DNA of 55,589 bases, counting the filler, from Asterionella formosa (taxonomy: Eukaryota): NCBI GenBank assembly GCA_002256025.1. It is 4 parts of 4 records of this genome, joined end to end, with 100 filler letters (N's around TTAATTAATTAA, not from the genome) between each part and the next. Parts side by side here need not be neighbours in the genome. Positions count along the whole stretch, not along the records: positions 27,862 to 41,678 come from NKIB01006397.1; positions 41,779 to 55,589 come from NKIB01006404.1; 2 more parts are not named here. The stretch is one strand, 5' to 3'. The notes below the pieces were generated by a model. The model was not told the DNA's origin, did not search any database, and saw only the letters and a list, made by a program, of their open reading frames with translations. A program made the translations under genes and the position numbers. How positions within the stretch are numbered: the first letter of the stretch is position 1; each line of letters starts with the position of its first letter. This document shows positions 36,194-48,238 of this stretch, piece by piece.

Positions 36194-37337
36194 ATGGCCC
36201 CATCCAACGCAGCACCTCTTTCGAATGAAGCCATCTTGTACATGATCTTGTTGGCCTTTCAGTTTGGCCTTCAACCAATAGTGACACGAAAGTTTACACC
36301 ACCCACCGTCTGCCGATCGACTGTCATTTTATGTCAAGAAGGACTTAAATTTGGTTTGGCATTATTCATGTTAAATTTAAGTGGGAAACGAAAGGATGCT
36401 CTACGAGGTAAGGATGATGTTGAGTGCTAAGCATGTTGGTTACTTAATTCATGTGAGATATGGAGGGCAAATGTATGTATGGATGCTACAAAGGACTTTC
36501 TAACCCACGTTCATCTGTGGAAAAAATCCAATGCATCAAAACAATTAAGGTTGGTCGATAAAAACATGGATCAGCGTGGCTGGAATCCCGGCGGCGTTGT
36601 ATGCGGTTCAGAATCTGGCTGCATTAATGGCCTATCAAAATCTGGATGCGCTGACATTCAACGTCTTGAATCAAACCAAGACATTGAGTGCTGCTTTGTG
36701 TTGCTATCTGGTCATGGGTAGGAAGCAATCTCCTCTTCAAATTTTTGCTCTTTTACTTTTGTTGCTCAGTGCAATAATTATGGAAGGAATCATATCCCTG
36801 GATAGTTTATTGGGACGGCAAGCCGTAGTTTCCATGGAACTGCTGGACGCCCACCATTTCACAAATGGTGTCCTTCCAATCCTTGTGGCAAGTTTCATTT
36901 CTGGTCTAGCAGGTGCTCTCTGCCAGACCAATTTACAATCGGCTGGTGGAGGTCGCAATCCATATCTCTTTAGCATGGAACTTTGTGCAGCCTCCAGTAT
37001 ATTCTTGACGGTGTCCTTGTGGCAGTCGCCAGATGGGAAAATGATTGCTGCAAACGGATTTTGGGATGGTTGGACTACCACCACATGGATACCTATTTTG
37101 ACCAATAGTATAGGTGGCATTATTGTTGGATTAGTTACCAAGTATGCAGGATCGGTTCGAAAGGGATTCGCTTTGATTTTCGGGATTTTTATTAGTGGAT
37201 TGATCCAAGCACCTGATACGGGTGTATCACGAGAGCAAATTATTGGAGGGGCCTTGGCAGCTGTCAGTTTATGGATGCATGCCACGAACCCGTACAAGGC
37301 GGCTATTGTTGATTCAGCGAAGCGCAAGGAGGAGTAA
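36194..37337 (+). CDS. Nucleotide-sugar transporter (SLC35A, UDP-Gal/CMP-Sia family); join(36194..36407,36550..37337)
   Basis: IPAALYAVQN, LDALTFNVLNQTKTLSAA, SGLAG and GGIIVGLVTKYAGSVRKGFA. Phase-1 GTAAGG..TAAG intron. Confidence 0.9.
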
Positions 37338-37676
37338 GAGAAGGTCAATTTTCCTACACTTTTGTGTGAAATCTACAGATTTCCCAAAAGTTGTTACATT
37401 TCATATGACTACAAATTCTGCACAATAATGGGAAAGGTATAAAACTCTAGCAAATAAAAAAGGAGAAAGAATTCCTAATTGATAGGCGTAATGAGGTCGG
37501 CATTGCATGGTACCATCACCGAAAAATGAAGAAAAATAGATAGCTTGATAATTTATTTTGTGATTAGATGACACCAGCATAGGTGCAAGAAGGAAAATAG
37601 GTTGCTTGATATTGTATTTTGTATTGATTGTCGGTAACAACGCAAAAATCGTATCAGCCAAACGCTTCATGATTGT

Positions 37677-39044
37677 TTATTGTCGTGATCGTTTCGAAAA
37701 GGCAAAGAATGTGAGTGCGATTCCTCCTACAACACCAGTCAACAATACCAATGCTTCAAAGTGCTCGTGATACCACGGAACAAGAGCCTCGTCCTCCGAT
37801 GGAGAATCACTATCATCGTTATCGGACAAGGGGTCTTTGAATGATACTTTCTTCTTGAAAGCTGGAATCGATCGTGCTACGGAACCGTCCACAGACGTTG
37901 GAGTTTCTACGGTGATGGGTGGTGTCAAGTTATTTGTTGTTGGTATTTTGATTTCTTCTTCAAGCCCACGACTTGTTGCTCCAAACATGGCTTGAGCTCG
38001 TAGTTTCTCCTTCTTCTTTTCCAATTTGCGTTTGACCATACAATGTGTTTGCAATCGTTTGACTTCCTTCTCTTGAGTTAGTAAGTTGTGATTCGAGTTT
38101 TTGAGATTGTTCGCTTTAGTGTCTGTCTCAGTAGGTGGAGTAGCATACTGTACAATCATGTCTTGTGCCGTCTTAAGTGCTTCCAAGGCTTGTTGATATT
38201 CATGTTTTTCAACCCAGGCCCGTCCCGTCAAAATATATGATTTGACTCGCCATTCCCCAAAAAGTTGAGCATCATGTATGCCCTCCTGATTTAGTATGGT
38301 ATGCAATTTCATTCCTCTCTTGGCATACAATGCATCCAACAACACCAACGCATTTCGACTAAACTTAATGGCCTCGTCCCATTTGGAAAGTTGAATACAA
38401 CATGTTCCAGCATTGTTGCAACATGTAATCATCACAACGACTAAATCAGCCCGGACGTAGTTGTTGGAATTGGAATCATGTTGTACATATCGTACCGCAT
38501 CAACGGCTTCGGCATACATTGTCAACGCCTTGTCGTAGTGTTTGGACACAAACATGGCACTAGCGGAGTTCTTCATAGTTTGAGCCTGTTCCACGCGTTC
38601 GTAGGTGTCCATCTCGGCCAATGTTTTTGGACGAACGACATGCACCTCTTGCGGTTGTAAATAGCAAGTGACACGAGATCGCTGTGCCAATCGCCAGTTC
38701 GTCAATGTGACTACGACTACACCTGCTTCAGCATCGGCTCCGGACCGTAGCTCCACAACTATCCCTCTTCCAAATGAGGTCATGACAGGATCGCCAATCG
38801 TAGGTGCTACAGAAGGGTACTTTTGAGCCGTATACAACATGGCTGTTCGCTTGCTACTCATAGCCATGTCCCAATCCAGCAAACGAACTTCCTTGATGCC
38901 ATCCGCTCTGGTTCGGACGACCAATCCGCGACCTCCAAATGGAGTTTCGACAATGGCTTGATTCATGTCTTCTGGTTGATATGGCGCCATACTGTGAAGA
39001 GGCAGATGTGTATGTGGGGTGGATCTACCTGTATGTGATTGCAA
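37677..39044 (-). CDS. TPR-containing protein with C-terminal membrane anchor
   Basis: 455-aa ORF. TPR-like helices (KNSASAMFVSKHYDKALTMYAEA, NNAGTCCIQLSKWDEAI), two TPFG/TSFG-containing N-terminal modules, hydrophobic tail followed by KR. Confidence 0.8.
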   Translation of the reverse strand: MQSHTGRSTPHTHLPLHSMAPYQPEDMNQAIVETPFGGRGLVVRTRADGIKEVRLLDWDMAMSSKRTAMLYTAQKYPSVAPTIGDPVMTSFGRGIVVELRSGADAEAGVVVVTLTNWRLAQRSRVTCYLQPQEVHVVRPKTLAEMDTYERVEQAQTMKNSASAMFVSKHYDKALTMYAEAVDAVRYVQHDSNSNNYVRADLVVVMITCCNNAGTCCIQLSKWDEAIKFSRNALVLLDALYAKRGMKLHTILNQEGIHDAQLFGEWRVKSYILTGRAWVEKHEYQQALEALKTAQDMIVQYATPPTETDTKANNLKNSNHNLLTQEKEVKRLQTHCMVKRKLEKKKEKLRAQAMFGATSRGLEEEIKIPTTNNLTPPITVETPTSVDGSVARSIPAFKKKVSFKDPLSDNDDSDSPSEDEALVPWYHEHFEALVLLTGVVGGIALTFFAFSKRSRQ

Positions 39045-39419
39045 AGTTGCAAAGGATCAAAGCGTGCGTTGTGAGCTATTTGAGTCGGAGCGCCATAAAT
39101 TAATTGTGATTTTTGTGGATCTCGGCTGCTGTGGTGGACAATTATAGACGACTCCTGTCATGTAAATGGTGCAAGCATTCCGGTATATAAACGTCACATT
39201 TGCATACCGGTATACAGTGCACATAAATACATGTATACCGTAGCTATGTGTGGCATGGGTGCAACAACTAAACACACAGGAAACGAAAGTACTGCACCTG
39301 TATTGGCATTTTTGGGACGTTTTCAACGGGTTTTCGTCCTCCAAATCCAGGCATAACTTCTATTGGGCATTGCAACATTTTCCGATACCGCTACAAAGGT
39401 ATTGGTCATTTGATTTTTT

Positions 39420-39805
39420 CAATACAAGGTGATATACTATTCCAATACAATGTTCACTTTGTATTGCTGGCGAAAGGTCAGTACACCAAGTCCAATCTAA
39501 GGTGAAAACAACTCCTGGTCACTCCAATTCAAGGTGTTCCCTTATTCCCTGTATTGGGCTCTGTTCATTTCCCAATACTAGGTGGCAGCATTTTGCAATT
39601 CAAGGTCGCCCCTGTATATGGTTTTGGCTGCACCACGTCCATCCCAACACAAGGTCATGAGTTCCTATACAAGGTGACAGTAATTTCAATTCAAGGTTGC
39701 CCCTGTATTGCGTTTTGGCAGCACTACATCACATCCTAATGCAAGGTCATAAGTCCAAAAAATGGTGACAATATTTTGCAATTCAAGGCCGACCCTTTAT
39801 TGTTC
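39420..39805 (+). repeat. Degenerate ~91-bp tandem repeat (core CAATTCAAGG..CCCTGTATTG)
   Basis: Cores at ~39525, 39596, 39687 and 39779. Confidence 0.7.
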
Positions 39806-41778
39806 TTTAGTGCTGGTAAAGTGTACATACAATATCATAGTAATGGATATTGATTGAATAATACCGTTATTTCTTGACCATTCAGTAATGTATACTTTCA
39901 AAATTTGGCTATGTGTCTGCAAGCGTATTGATCATATCAAGCCGTCTTTTTTCATATGATTATTATGTATTAATTAATCATTTTTATAGCGCATTATTAC
40001 TACTCTATTTCTAGAGTTGCTGTCTCTATTTCTAGAGTTGCTGTCATTGAGCTCCATGGCCCATATAAGGTGGGGCAGTGGAAAGGTTTGGTTGGTAGTC
40101 ACTTCCTTGTGTGGAAGTCGTGGTCTAAAAAGTTGTGGTAGCTTTGTTCTTGGTTCAGCTCTCTATGACTGCACTTCTCATGTCAGCCTGAGAATTGGAT
40201 GGTGAGTGTGGATTGGGTTAAGATTCCCATTTTGGCTCCACTTCTGGTGATTCCAGGGCTTCCAACTCATCATTTTGTCTTTGTTTACTTTATTTTCATT
40301 GTCTTTGTTATCACAAAAATTATTGCTTTGGGCAGTACATTCAGCTCTGGCGCAATTTCTCCATCAGTGACTTCTCTCTATAACTCTGTCTTCTTCTTTA
40401 TTCTTGTTAATATTTAGCATATCGCCATTCTTGTATTCTTTTTGCTTCTTGCACTGTATTAAAAAAGGGTAAAACTTCTCCTTTTCTGTTCTCTTGTTGC
40501 TATCTTTGCTTGGTTCTTCTTCTGTTTGCGTTGTGTTGATTCCATTGTCATGAATTCCCCAACTGTGCATAGTGTGTGTGTAAAACGCCAAATCGACATC
40601 CATGCAATCGCCTTTTTCACTGCTCCTGAGTTCAGCTTTGTTTGCTTTTCTGTCGTATTTCATTACTATCTTATGACTTTTTCCCACATGCATGATTTGT
40701 TCTTTCTTTGCTTGATTGGCCGCTTGGATAGCGCTTTTCGTCAAGGTGAATATATCGGGACCCGGGGGTCGCTCTCTGTTGCTTCAGTAACACTCCTTCA
40801 TTGTCAACATTAATGCAGAAAAATATTTTCTGCAAAAGTTGTCTTACTACATTTGTCGAAGAATGTAGTTAAAAAGATGTTTGTGACTTTGTAACTTATC
40901 TTCATAGCAACAGTGCCTACTACATTTAAACAGAAGGAAATGTGAATCCTTCTTGGAACAGGCCTTGTTAGAAACCACAGTAAAGTAAATGTCGATTGTC
41001 ATCATTTCAGTTGATTGACGTGGCATCAGAGACCTACGGGTTGTTGGCAAGTGCAATCAAAATGTTTGAGCTTCCAGAAACAGGTTGCTAAGCTCAGATC
41101 TGCAAGAAGCAACAATGATGAAGACCATGGTGCGATATCAAATAAGAAAATAGAAGCGAAAAACTTTCCAATCAACTAACAGTTTATTCTTGGTTGTCAC
41201 GAAGCTGGAATGGGACCTGGTGATGCAGGCATTGTTTGTTCGGCAATCTACTTACCTCTTACAGTTGAATTTTGGTCCAACTAAGGTAATTTTACTGCTG
41301 TAGAAGATGTGGTTGGTAAGGCGGAAGTGGCAACCGCAGCTCTTGCTACTATGGAAGAGAATTGTCAGGAAGAAATGTTTCACACACTCAATGTGCATAA
41401 ACGAGGCAATTGGGCAGACAAAGGAAAAGGTTTTCAGTGCATCTAAGACGCGAAATACGCCACTTTTCGAAATTTCGTCTACGTATGACTGTTAATTATG
41501 TGGTACTTCACATGCATTAATGCCACTCTTCACGTAAAAAAGATTACTTTTAACGGTTTCATGTGAAGTTTTAACTGCTTCATGTGAAGTTTTCACAATG
41601 AATTTTGAACGCGAGACTGAATTAGTTGATGTTTCAAATAATTCATTTGACTTTTCGAAATTTCGTTTACGTACGAGTNNNNNNNNNNNNNNNNNNNNNN
41701 NNNNNNNNNNNNNNNNNNNNNNTTAATTAATTAANNNNNNNNNNNNNNNNNNNNNNNNNNNNNNNNNNNNNNNNNNNN

Positions 41779-41905
41779 CACGCTCCAATTTCAGTGCGGC
41801 CGACATGGGACGTCTCGCGACAGTCTTGGCTTCATCCAGGCACAGATGGTAATGGCCCATCCAGTACTGAGCACGGAGGGTGTAGAGATCATCGGGGTCT
41901 GACAT
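41779..41905 (-). CDS. COPE: Coatomer subunit epsilon, N-terminal fragment (cut by scaffold edge)
   Basis: MSDPDDLYTLRAQYWMGHYHLCLDEA..KLER resembles the epsilon-COP N-terminus (D.LF...N.FY.G.YQ.CI.EA). Confidence 0.7.
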
Positions 41906-41994
41906 AATCAATAGTGGATCGATTGTTGTAATCAAAGCAAGGAGACTCTACCTTGAAACGGTACTCTGAATAATAATGATGGATGATGATTGCT

Positions 41995-44311
41995 TGTCGG
42001 CAACAGCGGTTATTGCGCAGACAGAGATCTGGCTGATGATGTTGATTTCTACAGGCTACGTGGTGAAACTACCCGGTATACCGATACCAGGTAGAGCAAG
42101 CACACTGCAATCATATGTATGAAACCAAACCATAGGTGGGAATCGAGGAGACGATAAGGAAATTGGACCAACACACAGACAAGCGAGCTGAAGCAACGAT
42201 ATTATACATAGCTAAATCGTACCTGGTACCCGTAGTTGAAGCTAGTGCACTAAGTAATTTACTAGCACCGTGTGCAAAGCTGAACGAATATTGCAGTGCA
42301 GTGTGGGCGCGTGGATGAACGTACCTGGTACCGTGTCATACGGTACAGGGGACTAACTAGCCGTTAGAGTGTTTTAGCGATAGTACAACGTGCAAGCTTG
42401 GAGCAGCGAATGCGCTAGAACGGCGTAGGTATATATATCTTTAAGTCTATCTTTTCAACCTTTATCTTTCTTTCCTTGTGCACCATGTAAGTTGTTCTGC
42501 CGACAACACTAGCGTATTTATTCGGTTTATCAGACCCAGCGCTCTACTGATGACCACTTGAGTTATCTTTGAATTGGAGAAGAGCGTACAGTGCGAGCGA
42601 ATAGGAGCGTCGAATTCAAACCATCGAGACAAGGCGTCTGGCGTTACGTGTTCGTAACGAATTTTTCATATTCAGTATGTAGTGTCACGTGTGCATACCG
42701 AATTTGGATGATGACGATCATTCGCAGGCGTCAGTGACCATGTGCACTCAAGTCGTACCGACGGGTATCCGCAGACGACCAGCGAGCGATAGCGATTGTG
42801 GCCGGAGTTGAACTGATCACTCAACGACGGCATTGGCGTAACTGTGCTGCCTGCACACAAGTACTATTCGTTACAGTGGGAATCCACTGACGACATGCGT
42901 TTGCGAAAATCGTTACAGCGGGAATCCACTGACGACATGCGTTTGCGTTTGCGAATTACTATCATTCTCTTTTCCCAGCAAATCCACTCATTATCATGGC
43001 GAATAACTTGGTCGGAGTCGCCCACGTTCTGTTGGCAATCGGTTTTGAGGTCGCTGTCGAATGTATGAACATCATGGCAGCAGGTATTAGCGAGTTTGAG
43101 GACTTCCGTTATCTAGTAGAAAAGGACATTCGTGACATGGCGGACGAATTTGCGAAGCGTAGCGTGGCAAACGGACGTGCCTGCGATGTCATTCCATACA
43201 ACGCAGGTGCTTACGAACCAGAACGAGACATCCCTATTGTTTGCGGAGCGACAGCATTTACTTGCCAACAAAGCGGAGAGACCTTCATTTTAATTATTAA
43301 TGAGGGACTTTATTTTGGCGACAAGCTTGAACACAGCCTCCTCAACCCTAACCAATTGCGATTTTCCGGGGTGGTTGTCAACGACAATCCTTTCGATAAA
43401 GCGGCACCACTGTTAATCTCGACAACGGAAATCGATATTCCGCTGCAGATCAGCGGAACAAACATCTTCTTGGAGACTACCACTCCCACCCAGCGTGAAC
43501 TTGATACTTGTACTCACATTCATTTAACCTGCGACACCGAATGGAATCCACAGACTGTCAACCTTTCCCTCATACAATCTGTGGAGGCGGAGGACACGAT
43601 CGGCGTCAAGCCTTTCTTGTCCCAAATATCGTCCATCTACTGCTTCAAGGAGATGGCGGAGGCTTTAAGAGATGTTCGATACATTAAATCAACCCAAGTG
43701 GACGTACCGGCCACCAGGACTTTTGTTTCGTCGGACCGGCATGCTCAAGTGAATTATGAGACACTTAGCGAAAGGTGGAATATCGGACTGACTCAAGCGA
43801 AACAGACCCTAGAGGTCACGACTCAGAAAGGCATTCGGTCAGCAATACTCCCATTGAGCAGGCGGTACCGAACAGATAGGATGTATGGCCAGCGGAAGTT
43901 ACGGAACCAACGGTTCTACACTGACACCATTTTCGGGAAATGCAAATCACTGACTAACAACACATGTGCTCAAATCTTTGCAAATGAAGCGTATTTCGTA
44001 AAAGCGTACCCGATGGAGAAGAAGTCTGGCGCTCCAACAATTCATTCGTGATTACGGAGCACCTGAGTACCTCACGTCTGACGGGGCGTCCGAACAGACT
44101 GGACCGAAAACGGAATTCATCAAGAACGTAAGGAAGTATGGGATTGAACATCTCGTGAGCGAAACTAAACAGCATCGACAGAATCGAGCGGAGTCAGTTA
44201 TTCGCGAAGTGAAGAAGCGATGGTTTCGACAAATGATGAAGCGTCGGGTTCCGAAGCGTTTGTGGGATTACGGAATCGTGTGGGTGTGTGAAACAATGTC
44301 TCTCACTGCTA
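41995..44311 (+). mobile_element. Ty1/copia (CoDi-like) LTR retrotransposon, 5' part: LTR, PBS, internally deleted gag-pol, truncated integrase
   Basis: Candidate LTR bounded by TGTCGGCA (41995) and TGCCGACA (42505), ends uncertain. TATA at ~42431, PBS-like site at 42527. ORF 42996-44051 has ILIINEGLYFG..HSLLNPNQLR, LSERWNIGL..A..TL.VTTQ.G and FYTDT. Integrase QNRAE..IRE.K.RW..VPKRLWDY. Confidence 0.85.
42869..42947 (+). repeat. Two-copy ~38-bp tandem repeat in the copia leader
   Basis: tcgttacag(t/c)gggaatccactgacgacatgcgtttgcg occurs twice. Confidence 0.9.
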
Positions 44312-44382
44312 CTCAAAGATATAATGATCACTTGACCAACAATTGAAGACGTCATTATCGCAAACAATCATTCCACTCGTCA

Positions 44383-44651
44383 TCGCTACTATTTCGTTGT
44401 TGTTACAAAAATCGGAGTGATGACGGATGGAAATGACGAGCCAAATTACATTACTTTAGCTGGTAAATTATCCTACCAAGAAATTCAAATACAGGAATCT
44501 AATAGAAACAATACATGCAATAATAAAATATACATAGTCAAAAGAGTTACTATTTAAATTACAATGGCATTTATCCAAATTATTAGATGATACAACAAAA
44601 AATTATGATCAGATGATCACAATCCTATGATGCATCGTTTTCATTTGCAGA
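44383..44651 (+). repeat. Dispersed repeat, copy 2, just after the point where the copia integrase stops
   Basis: Matches 27862-28143. Confidence 0.9.
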
Positions 44652-46074
44652 TGTGACAGTACCAGTAATATATTTGTCAAGTATTCGTTCAGAGCTTGCA
44701 AATCAATCACTTCAAGTTCTCATCTGCCTGGTGGTCCTTCTCTTGTTTCATCTCATTGCACGGGTGATTTTTGTGAATTACTTAGAGATAACAAAAATTA
44801 CTTAGATCCCCATAGATCTCTTCAAAAAGCAATTCCCGCTTCATCTATTGTCTTGCCGTTCGGGTACTTCTAAGAAATTTTTAGGTTCTAAGGAGTTTCT
44901 TAAGTAATTTTTATTTGGGGCAATATGGGGCACATCGAATTTTTCGGCATTAAAATTGCCGATTTTAGCATGACAGCCAGAATAACGGTAAAATACATGA
45001 AAAGGGGACAACAAACGTAAAACACAGGAGAATGATTGTAACATGCAACATCAATGAAATTTGAACATTATGTTTGGATCAACCCAAGTGTGAAGGTGAT
45101 GTGATGAGTACTAGCGTCAAATGAGAAATAGTAAAAATTGTTTTGGGTTAGAAATGAAGTAAAAAAATAGAGTTTCAATGGAGATTTATGCATTGTAGCA
45201 CTTACACATGCAACAATGACTTTCCATCACACCATCGAAGAGCGAAATGAACCAGATAAGAAAAAAAGCTCATCCCGATTGAAATCTGCATCGTGATGTA
45301 GCGTAGATGATCTGGTTTCTGCAACCATGAACATCGCTGTAGTAGCCTGGCTGACCCAAGGTGCTTGCAGTCCTTCCGCCCACAGTTGTTCCTCCCATCA
45401 AATAGCAGCCCTGATCATTTCATTCCAATCCGTTCTGATTGATCGTGATCGCCAGGAAGCTCCAGCACTATTGAATCCCTCTAGCTGAGTATTTATGTAG
45501 CTATTGATACGAGCACAAAGTAGAAATCTAGCAAAGCGCGTTATTACAAGAAAAGCATTGTTGCTTGGTGGCACTATTGACGTCATGGCAAACGACTATA
45601 CAATTCAACAAATATGATCAACAACAATACATCGTCAAAGAGTAGTCATCGATAAATACATTGGTTCTTATGTAGATTAATACAATCGACACAAAATGAC
45701 TGTGCGGAACTACAAACAACGATGGAAGCGATCAAAACGGACCATGGAAGCAATCAAATCGGAAATTCGACAATAAGTACTATCTACGATCACATTCAGT
45801 GTTTCACTGTTGTACTCACCGAACCGCTCGAGCAAGCGTAACATGCAGCAGACCATGCTCTCATAAGAAAGTCGAAAGTTCCTGTTGCAAGCCCGAATTG
45901 AGCAACGGCAGGCAGCAGGATAGAGTGAGAATTATAATTGTGAGGACGAAATCGGGCACACGGTACGTAAAATCAATCAATATGTGAATGATACAATATA
46001 CCTTAAACCATGCATGCTTGTTTTCAGTACCACGTACGCATGTAGACCTTATTCAAATAGCTGTCCTTCCTTGG

Positions 46075-46757
46075 CTTCTGCTTTAAAATAGATGAAAATC
46101 TCTTAAATTGATTGTGACCAGGGAATAAGCAACTATTTCCTTTAGCAACATTATTGAATCTTCCCAAGTATACACCAAAATAAAATGTAGGATACACTAC
46201 CCACTCAATTGGATTCGCATAAAAATGTCTGGGATATTTTGATTGAGTCTCTTTCTGATCTGTCTTGGTGTTTGCAAAGTATTTACGCAGAGCATCGTCA
46301 GTCCACTCCGTGTTATTGACCCTGAAAATAAAATTCCAAGTAAAAACCAGGAATAGGTGACCCCAAATGCCATCACCAGTTCCTAACTCAATGATCCAAG
46401 TAGGGGAATGGCTTAATTGGTTAGCACACCTCATGAGGTATCGGGTTCGATTCCTGCATTCTCCACCTGTATTTCTTTTATGTAGTCCCTAGGATTCTAG
46501 AGGGAGGCTGACAAAAAGACAGGTACTGTTGTACCATACGGGCAAATAAAACTGGTACTAATTGTTTCCATTCAAGTGGGCACAAGTGCGATTATTGGAT
46601 AGCTTTAACATACTATAAAAATTTGATTAACATTAACTCAATGAACCAAGTACAAAATAAGTGATATAGTTGATTGTTCATGGGGTCCTTACCCTCACAA
46701 ATGTTTCCTAACCTATAATGATTCTCTACTGCAATAATCTGATAAAAACCATGCAAA
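46075..46757 (-). mobile_element. CryptonS-like tyrosine recombinase fragment split by a SINE
   Basis: Removing the SINE gives EGKDPM...LY...CTWFIELG...HLFLVFTWN...RVNNT.W..DAL..YFA.TKTDQ.....YPRH.YANP...LFPG.NQF.RF. This is the pattern of stramenopile Crypton recombinases. The C-terminal HxxR/Y region is absent. Confidence 0.65.
46403..46633 (+). mobile_element. tRNA(Ala)-derived SINE family 2, 231 bp, with 19-bp target-site duplication
   Basis: Head GGGGAAT..GGTTCGATTCC..ATTCTCCA (46403-46465) with a G3.U70-type acceptor stem. Duplication taactcaatga(t/a)ccaagta at 46384-46402 and 46634-46652. Confidence 0.85.
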
Positions 46758-47980
46758 TACCGTATGCCCGATTTCGTCCTCACAATTATCCTTCTCACTC
46801 TATCCTGCCTGTCGTTGCTCTCAATTCAGGCTCGCAACCGGGACCTTTCGACTTTCTTTTGATAACATCGTCTGCTGTTTGTTCTGCTAGTTAGAGCAGA
46901 TCGGTGAGTACAACACCGAAACAATGCATGTAGAATGTATATACTATTTGTCGAATTTCCGATTTGGTTGCTTCCATGGTCCATTTTGATCGCTTCCGCC
47001 ATTGTTTGTCATTCCGCACAGTCATTTTGTTTCAATTGTTTCTGTCTACATAAGAACCAATGTATTTATCGATGACTACTCTTTGAAGATGTATTGTTGT
47101 TAATTATATTTGTTGATTTGTATAGTCGTTGACCATGATGTCAATATTGCCGCCAAGCAATGCTTTGTTGTACTAACGCGCATTGCTACATGTTTACCAC
47201 GAGTTCTTATCACAAGCTACGTACATCCAGCTAGAGGGAGTCGATAGTGCTGGAGCTTCCTGGCTATCAGTCAGGAAAATGAAGATGCATTTCCCTAATA
47301 CTAGCTATCTACCATAGATTGATGTAAATTTAATTAGTTCTACAGGATAGCGTACATTTTTCTAATATACCGGTATATATGTATTAATATGACAAATACT
47401 ATATCTACGTTTTTTCCGTCCAGTGAAAAATGGGAGTGTTCTTCACCGCCTGCTCGCAATAAAATCGCGACTTATTCTCCTATCAAACAGACGATGGGGA
47501 GAATACTTAAGCTATTGTTGCAATTAGCCCTATTGAAGGAGACCACATTAAAAAAACAAATATGCAAGGGAACTTGTTGCCTGGGAAAACTCGAAATATT
47601 CCAGACAAGAATTAACCCACCCAGAGAGTGTCAAATGTTGCGATAATCTTCCTGGCGATTTGTAACAAGACAGACCTCGCAGGCCTACACCAAACGGTTT
47701 TCCCCATTGAGCCTGCGCCCAACATACACTGAGGTGTACCAAGAATTTAACAGTCCCCACACAGTGGTAACCACACTGGATGTCACTGGGAAACACTCAT
47801 ACATTCCAACAATGACGACCGGTTCTGCCAGTGACCTGCATCACTAAGTCCATTTTGAACTGTGCCATGTATTACAATTCGCAACCCACTGTCTCCCTAT
47901 TCAATTTTGGAAAGGACCAGTAGTTATTGAACCTTGTTCTGTTTCAAACACCACTCAATATTGCTGTCAAGCAGAGTTCC

Positions 47981-48238
47981 AATAGATAACAGAAACAACT
48001 TATTTTAAAACACTCCTAGAAAAATGATAAAACGGCACCCCACTGAGTTTTTTCGTTAAACTACCAGAACAGCTAGCCTTACCAGGTTCATGGGCAATAC
48101 GGGCTTATAATAGATAACAGAAACAACTTAATATGCAACACTCCTAGAAAAATGATAAAACGGCACCCCAGTGAGTATTTTCGTTAAACTATCAGAACAG
48201 CTAGCCTTACCAGGTCCATGGGCAATATGGGCTTATCT
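47981..48238 (+). repeat. Two-copy 128-bp tandem duplication at the copia 3' end
   Basis: aatagataacagaaacaactta..gggcaata.gggcttat starting at 47981 and 48109. Confidence 0.9.

Larger units (their letters stand above)
45451..47264. repeat. Long imperfect inverted repeat: arms 45451-45965 and 46758-47264, spacer ~790 bp
   Basis: Outer ends gccaggaagctccagcacta / tagtgctggagcttcctggc. Inner ends gtgaggacgaaatcgggca.acggta / taccgt.tgcccgatttcgtcctcac. The arms are colinear throughout. Confidence 0.92.

Noticed and set aside
46403..46465. Functional tRNA-Ala gene
   Set aside because: Only 63 nt, with a defective anticodon arm. It sits at the head of an insert flanked by a target-site duplication.
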